In this document: positions 1-8,735 of the stretch, piece after piece
How the letters are laid out: each line of letters begins with the position of its first letter
Numbering within the stretch: the first letter of the stretch is position 1
DNA from: a virus
Lineage: Duplodnaviria; Caudoviricetes
IMG/VR virus record: IMGVR_UViG_3300014508_000071
Coordinates: 1-54,545 of that record
Direction: 5' to 3' (one strand)
DNA length: 54,545 bases
Position numbers and translations under genes: made by a program
The notes under the pieces: generated by a model
The model's database searches: none
Told to the model about the DNA's origin: nothing
The model's input: the letters and a program-made list of their open reading frames with translations, nothing else

Positions 1-136
1 ACTTATCGTTAATCTTTTGCTGAAGAAGTAAAAGCTCCTCAAGATGAGTTTCCTTTTCTCTTAAAATCTGTGGTAGAAAAGCATGTATCTCTCCTGTGTT
101 AAATGTCTCTTTTTTCTTTTTAAATAATCCGAACAT
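1..136 (-). CDS. hypothetical protein, runs off left edge (MFGLFKRKKETF...)
   Basis: ATG at 136, frame open to the window edge; read manually. Confidence 0.5.
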   Translation of the reverse strand, partial: MFGLFKKKKETFNTGEIHAFLPQILREKETHLEELLLLQQKINDK

Positions 137-147
137 ATTCCTGTTTT

Positions 148-315
148 CTAAGTTGTTAATAATTTGATAAAGATCAGTACTAGTATGCCTAAGAAACAAT
201 AGTTTGAGTAGGTATAGTACATAGAACTTTTAACTTGATCTGTTTTTCTGGTACTGATCTCAAGAACTAAAAATAGAACCTGTATCGCCAAAAATGTATA
301 CATTAGTATTAGCAT
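148..315 (-). CDS. small membrane protein (55 aa)
   Basis: manual ORF MLILMYTFLAIQVLFLVL... with hydrophobic segments; below ORF-track cutoff. Confidence 0.45.
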   Translation of the reverse strand: MLILMYTFLAIQVLFLVLEISTRKTDQVKSSMYYTYSNYCFLGILVLIFIKLLTT

Positions 316-316
316 A

Positions 317-544
317 TTATTTTATTAGTGGATCAAGAAATCCTGATCCGATTGATAAACCTATTTCTATAGCAAGACTAATTAAAAGCGATAACGCTGC
401 TCCTGTCACAAATTTGGTCTCTCCATTCTTTGAGATATGTCTGCCTAATGCGAAGAAATGCATCCCAATCAACAGCCAACCCCAAATGTTCAGTGGTTGA
501 TCAAAAAGACCTCCCCACCAAAATAGCCCGAAAACCAAAACCAT
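317..544 (-). CDS. hypothetical membrane protein
   Basis: hydrophobic ORF in a co-oriented run; start uncertain. Confidence 0.5.
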   Translation of the reverse strand: MVLVFGLFWWGGLFDQPLNIWGWLLIGMHFFALGRHISKNGETKFVTGAALSLLISLAIEIGLSIGSGFLDPLIK

Positions 545-658
545 TCCGAATAAATAACCTCCCGCACTAAACTCTTTAAGATAGCTTCCGTTTTTTTATT
601 TTCCCTACCATCATCCCAATGCCAATAAGCATCATAATGACATAAATTATCTGTGCTA

Positions 659-1009
659 TCATAGTAATTTTGTTCCTTTGTTTATATCTGCAAAAATGAA
701 GTTGCCTTCATTATCAGTCAAAGGCATAATCATAACCTCAGACATAACACCTCTCATCTTGCTTGGCTTTAAATTCATCACAAACGGTGAACTTTTTCCC
801 GATAGAGATTCAAAGTCTCCAAACTGCTCAATTAATTGAGCCTTAATGTTTGTGACCGCCACTTTAGTTTCACCACCAAAGTCTACTTCTAATTTTATAA
901 GTCGATCCGCACCTTCAACCTCTTCTACTGAAGTAATCTCTCCGATACAGATTTCGAGCTTCTTTTCAATTTCAAGAAACTCTGGGAATTCAATTTGCTC
1001 TTTGCTCAT
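659..1009 (-). CDS. tRNA-binding OB-fold protein (Trbp111/CsaA/MetRS C-terminal-like)
   Basis: IGEITSVEEVEGADRLIKLEVDFG and NLKPSKMRGVMSEVMI motifs. Confidence 0.85.
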   Translation of the reverse strand: MSKEQIEFPEFLEIEKKLEICIGEITSVEEVEGADRLIKLEVDFGGETKVAVTNIKAQLIEQFGDFESLSGKSSPFVMNLKPSKMRGVMSEVMIMPLTDNEGNFIFADINKGTKLL

Positions 1010-1382
1010 TGTAATATTTTTTAAGTTGTTCTACTTTGTTCATTTCTGTTTCTGGAATAGCATCTCGATACCATCTTAGATAAAAGGGAGCCAACGAATT
1101 GACAATCATCCCATTCTTCAGCTGGTAATCTTTATTTCCAGAATGCTCACCGCAATCTACCGTATGCCAGCCCTTATATCCCCAACCTTCTTTAAAAGTT
1201 GACCCATCATCATCTAAGTTAGAGTAATGTGCAGTCCCTTCTTTAGCTTCCGACAAAGCTAATTCCATCAAACTCACTAGTTCATCCTCTACAGGTTTTT
1301 TAGACTTCTGACCCTTGGTTGGCTCAATGTAGAGCAAATATAAACTATTATCTTCTCTATGCATATTATGGGTTTTTTTCAC
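990..1382 (-). CDS. hypothetical protein
   Basis: 130-aa ORF overlapping the next gene's start. Confidence 0.6.
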   Translation of the reverse strand: MKKTHNMHREDNSLYLLYIEPTKGQKSKKPVEDELVSLMELALSEAKEGTAHYSNLDDDGSTFKEGWGYKGWHTVDCGEHSGNKDYQLKNGMIVNSLAPFYLRWYRDAIPETEMNKVEQLKKYYNEQRAN

Positions 1383-1440
1383 TATATTTTCCTACATTGA
1401 TTAACGACTCATTACTTAGATACTTTACTCTTGATAACAT

Positions 1441-2301
1441 TTATAATGATTTTAAAAGCATCTTCCCATAAGAGGATTTGCTGTATTCTTCCGCTAATTT
1501 ACAAAAACTTTCTCGATCTATGAAATTTGATTTATAAGCACTCTCTTCTGGGGAGCCAACCAAAAGCCCCTGACGCTGTTGAACAGTAGCTACAAAGTCT
1601 GAAGCCTGTAGAAGAGTTTGATGTAAACCAGTGTCCAGCCAAGCTGTTCCTCGACCTAAAAGTGTGCAACTTAAACTTCCTTCATCAAGATATTGCTGAA
1701 TGACTTCAGTAATTTCTAACTCTCCTCTTTCTGAGAATTCAACTTTTTTTGCTTTTTCTACAACGGTAGAGTCAAAGAAATACAATCCCGTAACTGCATA
1801 GTTTGACTTAGGTTCTTTTGGCTTCTCCTCAATCGATAAAACAGTGTTTAGAGCATTGAACTCAACAACACCATAACGATCAGGGTCGCTTACATGATAA
1901 CCAAATATTTTTGCTCCAACAGTTTCCTTTGCTGCTTTTCTGATTTTACGAGAAAATCCTTGACCAAAAAATATGTTGTCACCTAAAATCAAACAACAAC
2001 TATCACCATCAAGGAACTCTTCTCCAATTAAAAAAGACTGAGCTATTCCTCTAGGTTCTTGCTGAACTGCATAAGAAAGATTGATCCCCATTTTGGAACC
2101 ATCTCCTAAAAGCTCTTTAAAGAGAGGGATGGCTTCTGGGGTTGAGATAATAAGTATATCTTGTATTCCTGCCGTAATCAGGTTCGATAGAGGGTAGAAA
2201 ATCATTGGCTTGTCATAGACTGGAAGCAATTGCTTCACCACAACTTTGGTTGAGGGATAAAGTCTTGTGCCTGAACCTCCTGCTAAAATTATTCCTTTCA
2301 T
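1441..2301 (-). CDS. rfbA: glucose-1-phosphate thymidylyltransferase
   Basis: GIILAGGSGTRLYP, KQLLPVYDKPMI, EEKP, RGELEIT, GRGTAWLDTG; full length. Confidence 0.95.
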   Translation of the reverse strand: MKGIILAGGSGTRLYPSTKVVVKQLLPVYDKPMIFYPLSNLITAGIQDILIISTPEAIPLFKELLGDGSKMGINLSYAVQQEPRGIAQSFLIGEEFLDGDSCCLILGDNIFFGQGFSRKIRKAAKETVGAKIFGYHVSDPDRYGVVEFNALNTVLSIEEKPKEPKSNYAVTGLYFFDSTVVEKAKKVEFSERGELEITEVIQQYLDEGSLSCTLLGRGTAWLDTGLHQTLLQASDFVATVQQRQGLLVGSPEESAYKSNFIDRESFCKLAEEYSKSSYGKMLLKSL

Positions 2302-2306
2302 AGTAT

Positions 2307-2314
2307 CAAAGATA
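2307..2314 (-). promoter_or_regulatory. Bacteroidota primary-sigma -7 element (TATCTTTG)
   Basis: TAnnTTTG just upstream of rfbA; same motif at 4043-4050(-), 4080-4087(+), 12401-12408(-), 17479-17486(+), 21511-21518(-), 28111-28118(-), 30125-30132(-), 38160-38167(-), 39309-39316(-), 45863-45870(-), 53717-53724(-). Confidence 0.7.
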
Positions 2315-2319
2315 CAAAA

Positions 2320-2721
2320 TTATCCCCAAGTCCTGAAGGGAATTATCTCTTTTATTATTTCCCCACGCTCACTCTTTATTATATGAAAATTAATGTCTTT
2401 TGGAATGTCGATGATTTTCAACCTTCCAATATTATCGTCATTTAACAAAGAGATGAACTCTTCATTAGTTCTAGCTTTATCTCCGTAAGAGAAATAACAA
2501 ACATCATCTTCATGAAAAAAATAGTTCCTTCCAATTTTAGAAACACCATCACCCATGTCGGTTGCAAATTCTTTTGCACCTTCAAGGTCTGGATGGAACT
2601 TTCCTTTGTAATAAGTTTCTGCATCATATCGAACGATACAGGAGCTGTTGTTTAGTATTAGTTGTTTACAGATTTCATCATCTACATAAAAAGAGTATGC
2701 GGTACTAATTACGATCTTCAT
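2320..2721 (-). CDS. hypothetical phage protein
   Basis: 133-aa ORF in a co-oriented run. Confidence 0.65.
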   Translation of the reverse strand: MKIVISTAYSFYVDDEICKQLILNNSSCIVRYDAETYYKGKFHPDLEGAKEFATDMGDGVSKIGRNYFFHEDDVCYFSYGDKARTNEEFISLLNDDNIGRLKIIDIPKDINFHIIKSERGEIIKEIIPFRTWG

Positions 2722-2786
2722 GAATATTAATTGTCGTATTAAAAAAGCGAATATAAGTAGATTGGATAACCTACACGAGTAAGTAA

Positions 2787-3008
2787 CTATAAAATATCAT
2801 CCCAGCTCGGTTTTTTTAATGTCACCTCAGCTTCTTTAGCAAAAGCGTCTGCATTTTTTTTGTTAATCTTGATTATTATTTCACAACTAAAAGTAGAAAT
2901 CCTTTTCATCGAATGAATAGCAGATTCATAATCCAACATAAAACCCATCAACTTCCCTAGCTTTGTTTTGTTGGATTTGCAAGTTATTTTGTAGAAATTT
3001 CTAGACAT
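2787..3008 (-). CDS. hypothetical protein
   Basis: 73-aa ORF. Confidence 0.55.
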   Translation of the reverse strand: MSRNFYKITCKSNKTKLGKLMGFMLDYESAIHSMKRISTFSCEIIIKINKKNADAFAKEAEVTLKKPSWDDIL

Positions 3009-3031
3009 TACTAAATTGAGTTAATTCAAAC

Positions 3032-3181
3032 TTATTCTAGCTTTGTAACTTTATAAAGACGATCTCCGTCTCGGTTGATTAGTATAGAACCAATCTTCAG
3101 TCCTTTGTACTCAGAATTAGCTACCTGTTGATCAACAGGAGTGCTTAATTCCTTTTTCTCATGTTTTATGATGTCACCCAT
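3032..3181 (-). CDS. small hypothetical protein (49 aa)
   Basis: manual ORF MGDIIKHEKKEL... just downstream of a GTAACA-N15-CGT motif. Confidence 0.4.
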   Translation of the reverse strand: MGDIIKHEKKELSTPVDQQVANSEYKGLKIGSILINRDGDRLYKVTKLE

Positions 3182-3217
3182 ACTTTATTAAACGCAAAAA
3201 GATGTGATTTGTTACGA

Positions 3218-3649
3218 CTACTCCTTCTTTTCAGACTTAGGAACAATCTTGTATTCAAAATCATCAGTCTTAGACATGATTTCACACTCTTCACTAACTA
3301 CGCTTGAATATGAGTTATATTCTTTAGTCACTGAGATCAACCAATCTCCTTGTTTAAATATTTCGTTATCCTTGAAATTCTGCAACAAAAATGTCATGCC
3401 ATCTTCTTCATCTGTAATATAAAAACAAATATCACTTCCGTAAGAGAAATGTCTTAATTCAGTACTTTTAATGTCGTAGAATGATGTGACTTCAGATGTT
3501 GGGACTAAATTCCCCAACAACAACCAACCAATAACTCCATGAATCAAAAGAGCAATAACTGATCCTGATATAAAGTCTTCTTCATCAAGTAAAAGACCGA
3601 TTATCAAAGCGATCAATATTATTACTGTTATTACAACAAGTACAATCAT
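3218..3649 (-). CDS. membrane protein, two N-terminal TM helices
   Basis: hydrophobic N-terminus; same layout as 3646..4020. Confidence 0.7.
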   Translation of the reverse strand: MIVLVVITVIILIALIIGLLLDEEDFISGSVIALLIHGVIGWLLLGNLVPTSEVTSFYDIKSTELRHFSYGSDICFYITDEEDGMTFLLQNFKDNEIFKQGDWLISVTKEYNSYSSVVSEECEIMSKTDDFEYKIVPKSEKKE

Positions 3650-4020
3650 AGTCCTATAAATTTAATTTCTGAATCAAAATTTCCACCATACCAATTAACT
3701 TTGCTTTCCTTGATAATTTGGTATTCTCCGCTTTGGTAAATTCTACACATTTCTTCATCGTGAAAAATCTCCACTTCTTCTCCATCCCACATAAAGATTG
3801 TATCATCTTTGTCTGTGAATAACCGAAAAGAACCATCCTCTTTAACAGTAGTCTCTCTAATTGTCCCTTTAGAAATGGAGTTGGGAATTAGAAAGGAGAT
3901 GAAAACAAAAAAACAAAAACCAAAAATTGTCAATCCTTTTTCTTCTATATCTTTCCACTTAGTGATCAGATAAAACAAAATACCAAGAGACAATAGGCAA
4001 GTACATATGAAAAATATCAT
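3646..4020 (-). CDS. membrane protein, two N-terminal TM helices
   Basis: hydrophobic N-terminus; start/stop overlap with the next gene. Confidence 0.7.
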   Translation of the reverse strand: MIFFICTCLLSLGILFYLITKWKDIEEKGLTIFGFCFFVFISFLIPNSISKGTIRETTVKEDGSFRLFTDKDDTIFMWDGEEVEIFHDEEMCRIYQSGEYQIIKESKVNWYGGNFDSEIKFIGL

Positions 4021-4091
4021 TCTGATAATATTGATTAGAAAACAAAGATAATAAATTTTTCTTTATGAACGAAATTGACTATATTTGCCCT

Positions 4092-6374
4092 ATGAAGAAA
4101 GAGTCGATAAAGGGGAGCGTAATAAGAGTAGTTTTTGCAAGTGATGAAAATGATTTTCGCATAGTTAGAGTAGATGTTGGTAACTCCAAAGAACAGTCAG
4201 TATACCTTAATCACAGGTTTATAGAGCAAGGGGACTTCTTTGAGTTCTTTGGTGTTTGGGACGAACACCCAGTGCATGGAAGATATTTTAAGGCAGCTGA
4301 TGTCTTCGAAATATTACCTGACACCACAGCAGGAATCAGAAGTTATTTAGCATCTAGTCATTTCCCAAGCATCGGCCCTGTTAAGGCTGGTCGTATCGTA
4401 AAACATTTTGGAGAAGATACCCTTTCTATCTTCGAAACAGAAATTGATCGATTAACAGAGGTTAAAGGAATTTCAGAAAAGATCAAAGATGTTATTGCAG
4501 AAAAGTGGAAGTCAAACAAAGAGTATAACGAAGTAGACATTTTTCTTCAGTCTCATAAAATTAGTGCCAAGTTATCTGGAAAAATTATCGACCATTACCA
4601 GCACAACTGTATCGCACAAATTAAAGCAAACCCTTACGACCTTCCGAGACACATTGAGGGAATCGGGTTTAAAAGAGCAGATCAGATTGCTATAAGTTTA
4701 GGGTTTGACTTAAACTCACCATTACGTTGTGAGTCAGCAATTCTATACGTATTATCTAAGTCAGGCTCTAAAGGACACACTTACTTAACTTATGATCAAA
4801 TCAAATTGTCAATCCATGAACTTTTAGGTCAAGGATCGGAAGCTCAAGTTGACACTTTACTTGAAAGTCTTGAACAGGCTCATGAAATCAAGACTAGAGA
4901 TTTGGGTGATGAGGATATGAGATATTACAACAAGAAGTCTTATTATAGTGAGAGATACGTTGCCAGAAAACTGAAGCAGCTTAATAAAAATAGAAAGAAT
5001 TATACGATTAACGAAGAGCTTGTTGATCTAAAGAATCTCTCGGACGAACAGAGAGATGCTGTAGTGAATGCTTCACAAGGGGGGGTGGGAGTTATCACAG
5101 GTGGACCGGGTGTGGGAAAGACCTACTGTACAAAAAAATTAATCGACATCCTAGATCACATTGACGTTTCATACTGCCTAGCAGCCCCAACTGGTAAAGC
5201 TGCCAAGAGAATGAGACAAGCCATCGGAAGAGATGCTCAAACCATGCATAGAACTCTTGAGTGGGATTCTGTAAACGGAGGATTTCTACACAACGAACTC
5301 TATCCTTTAAGATTCAAATTCTACGTACTAGATGAAACCTCAATGGTAGATATTCATTTAGCTGCTGCCTTCTTAAAAGCTGTTCCGCCAAATGCCCAAA
5401 TCATCTTTCTTGGAGATGTTGATCAACTCCCATCTGTTGGAGCTGGGAACTTTTTTTCTGACATGATTGAGTCGGGAGTTATCGATGTTCATAGATTGAC
5501 TAAAATTTTCCGCCAAGGAACAGAGTCTCAGATTGTAAAATTTGCTCATCAGATTAACAACCAAGAGCTTCCTATTATTGATTCTCCTTTAGAGAACAAA
5601 GGACTATGGGAATCGGATGTAGACTGCATGTTTATTGAATCTGGAATGGGCGGTCAGTATGAAGACAGAAAAGACTTTCCTACATGGAACTCTTTAAGAT
5701 ATGGACTGAACATAAAACAGATGGTTGAGAAAGTTTATCGTGAAACAATTCCAAAGTATCATGGAAACCCAGATGACATTCAAGTGTTGATTCCCATGAA
5801 GAAAGGAGGAGTAGGGATTATTGAGATGAACAGATACCTTCAGGAAAAAATAAACCCACCGACTGCAATTAAAACTGAGTTTACTTCTTTGGATAGAATT
5901 TTTAGACTGGGAGATAAGGTGATTCAGACTAGAAACAATTACGATAAAAATATCTTCAATGGAGATGTCGGAAGAATTGTTCACATTGATCTTGCTAACC
6001 CAAGAAACCCAACCATTCAAGTTAATTTCGATGATGAGATTGTAGTTGAATTAAAAAACAAAGACCTCTTTGATTTAGAGCTTGCTTATTGTTTAACAAT
6101 TCATAAATCTCAAGGTTCTGAGTATGATTATGTAATCTTACCTATCATGCAACAGTACGGAAGAATGCTTTACAAGCAACTGATTTATACAGCACTTACT
6201 AGAGCCAAAAAAAGAGCTATATTCATTGGTCAGAATTCAGCTCTTGAAATAGCAGTGAATAATGCTGACTCTAAAAAGAGACAGAGTTCACTAGATGTTT
6301 TATTGAGAAGCGAAGATGAACAGCCTGTTGAATCAGAGTCTGATTTGGAGAGCTGGGGGTGGGACAAGAATTAA
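4092..6374 (+). CDS. recD2: RecD2-like SF1B helicase
   Basis: HhH motifs (IGPVKA, VKGIS, IEGIGFKRAD), Walker A TGGPGVGKT, APTGKAA, LDETSM, GDVDQLPSVGAG, TIHKSQGSEY, YTALTRAK; start moved to ATG 4092 after TATATTTG. Confidence 0.92.
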   Translation: MKKESIKGSVIRVVFASDENDFRIVRVDVGNSKEQSVYLNHRFIEQGDFFEFFGVWDEHPVHGRYFKAADVFEILPDTTAGIRSYLASSHFPSIGPVKAGRIVKHFGEDTLSIFETEIDRLTEVKGISEKIKDVIAEKWKSNKEYNEVDIFLQSHKISAKLSGKIIDHYQHNCIAQIKANPYDLPRHIEGIGFKRADQIAISLGFDLNSPLRCESAILYVLSKSGSKGHTYLTYDQIKLSIHELLGQGSEAQVDTLLESLEQAHEIKTRDLGDEDMRYYNKKSYYSERYVARKLKQLNKNRKNYTINEELVDLKNLSDEQRDAVVNASQGGVGVITGGPGVGKTYCTKKLIDILDHIDVSYCLAAPTGKAAKRMRQAIGRDAQTMHRTLEWDSVNGGFLHNELYPLRFKFYVLDETSMVDIHLAAAFLKAVPPNAQIIFLGDVDQLPSVGAGNFFSDMIESGVIDVHRLTKIFRQGTESQIVKFAHQINNQELPIIDSPLENKGLWESDVDCMFIESGMGGQYEDRKDFPTWNSLRYGLNIKQMVEKVYRETIPKYHGNPDDIQVLIPMKKGGVGIIEMNRYLQEKINPPTAIKTEFTSLDRIFRLGDKVIQTRNNYDKNIFNGDVGRIVHIDLANPRNPTIQVNFDDEIVVELKNKDLFDLELAYCLTIHKSQGSEYDYVILPIMQQYGRMLYKQLIYTALTRAKKRAIFIGQNSALEIAVNNADSKKRQSSLDVLLRSEDEQPVESESDLESWGWDKN

Positions 6375-6799
6375 GCCCCCATCAACACCACGTAAATTGC
6401 GAAAGTATCTGGCGATCCAATCTTTTCCCAAGCGCTATCTATAGAGCTTACAGGGTCGTTAGAAAAGGGGTGTGCGTTTTCTTCCCGATAGTCTCGGTAC
6501 ATTATAGGAAGGTTTAAAGTACTGTGTTGTCTTAACGCAGCTGGAACCTTATCTCTTTTTTCAAAAAGCTTAGTAATGTGACTCCCATCATTTGCAACCA
6601 AACTAGAAATAGCTGTTACGGTTGGGTTGATTATATTCGACACTCCAAAAAATTCTTTCATTTCTTTTAGAGTCCCAGAAAAAACAAGTTTATCCAAAGA
6701 TAGGTTTTTAGGTATTTCTTGGTCAATAATTGTATCGTACCAAACGTTCTCCTCTACGTATGCTTTATTTAATAACAGTTTCATATATTCTTTTCCCAA
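6371..6799 (-). CDS. hypothetical protein
   Basis: 142-aa ORF. Confidence 0.6.
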   Translation of the reverse strand: MGKEYMKLLLNKAYVEENVWYDTIIDQEIPKNLSLDKLVFSGTLKEMKEFFGVSNIINPTVTAISSLVANDGSHITKLFEKRDKVPAALRQHSTLNLPIMYRDYREENAHPFSNDPVSSIDSAWEKIGSPDTFAIYVVLMGA

Positions 6800-7245
6800 A
6801 TATCTACTAAAGCCTCAACATCTTCTTCACCGATGTATTCTCCACATTTAACTTTCATAGCTGCAATGAAATTCTCTCGATTAACTAGGTTATAGAATTC
6901 CTCTAATTGATCCTCTACACTCTTAGTAATGGCTAATCGAAAAGCTTCTTTATGATCTCCTCCGCCATAGTCCATGATATCTGTGTAATACTTAGATGAG
7001 ATTATTTCATATTCATCATAACCAATTTCATAATCCTCGACTAATCTGTTAAAATTATTCTCGCACATTATACAGTACTCATTGTATGTGAAAGCTTCAT
7101 ATCCTTCTTCACCTCCAAGGTCTTCTAAAGTTTTTTCAATAATTGAACTTGTTACTTCAAGTCTTTGTTTCCATTCCTCTGAATCAGCAACAAAACTTTC
7201 TTTATAATCTTCCTGTAATACACTGTAGTCAATCTCCTGCTCCAT
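6781..7245 (-). CDS. acidic hypothetical protein
   Basis: 154-aa ORF. Confidence 0.65.
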   Translation of the reverse strand: MEQEIDYSVLQEDYKESFVADSEEWKQRLEVTSSIIEKTLEDLGGEEGYEAFTYNEYCIMCENNFNRLVEDYEIGYDEYEIISSKYYTDIMDYGGGDHKEAFRLAITKSVEDQLEEFYNLVNRENFIAAMKVKCGEYIGEEDVEALVDIWEKNI

Positions 7246-7253
7246 CTCCTTTA

Positions 7254-7730
7254 TTAGTTTTTTATAAATTTAAGAAAGTCATCAGAAAGAGAAAGTAATT
7301 TGTCATTTGCTAAGAACTCCATCATTCTAGCACTCATCTCATTCGACAACCTCTGTTGCAAAGATACGAATTTATCTTCACGCTTTGTCACTAAAAGCTC
7401 AATATATCTATCTTCCGTGTACTGCCCAGTGGCGATTAGAGAGTCCTCTAACGCAAATGCCTCATTCTCTGTAGGATACACAGAATAGAAATCTACAGTA
7501 CTATCTATAACCTCTGAAATCGCATAATAGCAAACTCTACAAAAAGCATTATAACGGTACGGGGGGAATTTTACGTCCTGTTCTTGACAGAAGTCTTTTA
7601 GGATATCATTGAAGGTGAGCATCTTCGTTTTCCATGAAGGCGCACTTGATATAAAGTCTTTATGAAATTGATCTTTCAGACTTCGTATGAGGGTTTCTTC
7701 TTCTTTTAATTTCTCACATTCATCGTACAT
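7254..7730 (-). CDS. hypothetical protein
   Basis: 158-aa ORF. Confidence 0.65.
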   Translation of the reverse strand: MYDECEKLKEEETLIRSLKDQFHKDFISSAPSWKTKMLTFNDILKDFCQEQDVKFPPYRYNAFCRVCYYAISEVIDSTVDFYSVYPTENEAFALEDSLIATGQYTEDRYIELLVTKREDKFVSLQQRLSNEMSARMMEFLANDKLLSLSDDFLKFIKN

Positions 7731-7747
7731 ATGTCTATAAATAGTCT

Positions 7748-8068
7748 TTAATGACCAAATATAGACTGATACATCTTTTTGAACTTATCTTTAACCTCAT
7801 TGAGAGAGTTCTCAAACTTCTTGTAGGCAAACTTGAATACAATATACCAAAATACAATTAGAACAGAAAATGTGATAGCAGCTGGAATCCATCCAAAGAA
7901 AAAGAAGACTACGGATGCAATTGTAATAAATACTGCCCAGCTCCATCTGAATAATATGATGAAATCAAGAAAATTCTTATGAGTTGAGGGTTCAGAAAGG
8001 ATGTAACGATATTCTATCGGAATATCATCTCCTTCTTTTCCTATATTCTTCTTTGACCAAAAAAACAT
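7748..8068 (-). CDS. membrane protein
   Basis: two hydrophobic segments; directly downstream of smpB. Confidence 0.65.
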   Translation of the reverse strand: MFFWSKKNIGKEGDDIPIEYRYILSEPSTHKNFLDFIILFRWSWAVFITIASVVFFFFGWIPAAITFSVLIVFWYIVFKFAYKKFENSLNEVKDKFKKMYQSIFGH

Positions 8069-8069
8069 G

Positions 8070-8516
8070 TTATATAGTTTTTAAATCACGATCCAAATCT
8101 CTCTTCTGATCCTTGGCTTTAATCGAATCCCTTTTGTCATGGATTTTCTTTCCTTTACCCAAAGAGACTTCAACCTTAATTTTATGCTTATCATTGAAGA
8201 TAACCTTTACGGGAACAATAGACATTCCTTTTTGTTCCATTTTCCCTTTCAAAGCAGCTAACTCTTGTTTCTTCATTAAAAGCTTTCTTTCTCTATAAGG
8301 CTCGTGGTTATTCTTTCCTGCTGGTTTGTATTCTGGAATGTACAACGATTTCAAGTAGAGTCCGTCTTTCTTAAAATAACAATAGGCATCGCCAATGTTA
8401 CCTTTACCTTGACGTAAAGATTTCACCTCGGAACCTGTAAGCATTATACCAGCGGTGTAGTGCTTAATCAAGTCGTAGTTAAACGATGCTTTTCTATTGT
8501 TTAAAAGTGTTCTCAT
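8070..8516 (-). CDS. smpB: SsrA-binding protein SmpB
   Basis: NRKASFNY, AGIMLTGSEVKSLR, HEPYRERKLL, GKGKKIHDKR tail. Confidence 0.97.
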   Translation of the reverse strand: MRTLLNNRKASFNYDLIKHYTAGIMLTGSEVKSLRQGKGNIGDAYCYFKKDGLYLKSLYIPEYKPAGKNNHEPYRERKLLMKKQELAALKGKMEQKGMSIVPVKVIFNDKHKIKVEVSLGKGKKIHDKRDSIKAKDQKRDLDRDLKTI

Positions 8517-8525
8517 AATCTGAAA

Positions 8526-8735
8526 TTAATAGTTATCTGTTGCTACCACAAGATCGCTCAATTCTTTATCTGTTAATTCTCTAGCTGTTGCTTTAGGATC
8601 ATACTCACCCCATCTTAAACTTACTTTCAAAAGAGCTGCTTCCTCATCTTTAGCAAAAGTGTAATAAAACTGAGGAACCGTAGTCTCTTTTAGGCTAGGT
8701 CTGTTAATAAAAAAAAGTTTCAACCCTTCTTTCAT
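8526..8735 (-). CDS. hypothetical protein
   Basis: 69-aa ORF between rnr and smpB. Confidence 0.55.
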   Translation of the reverse strand: MKEGLKLFFINRPSLKETTVPQFYYTFAKDEEAALLKVSLRWGEYDPKATARELTDKELSDLVVATDNY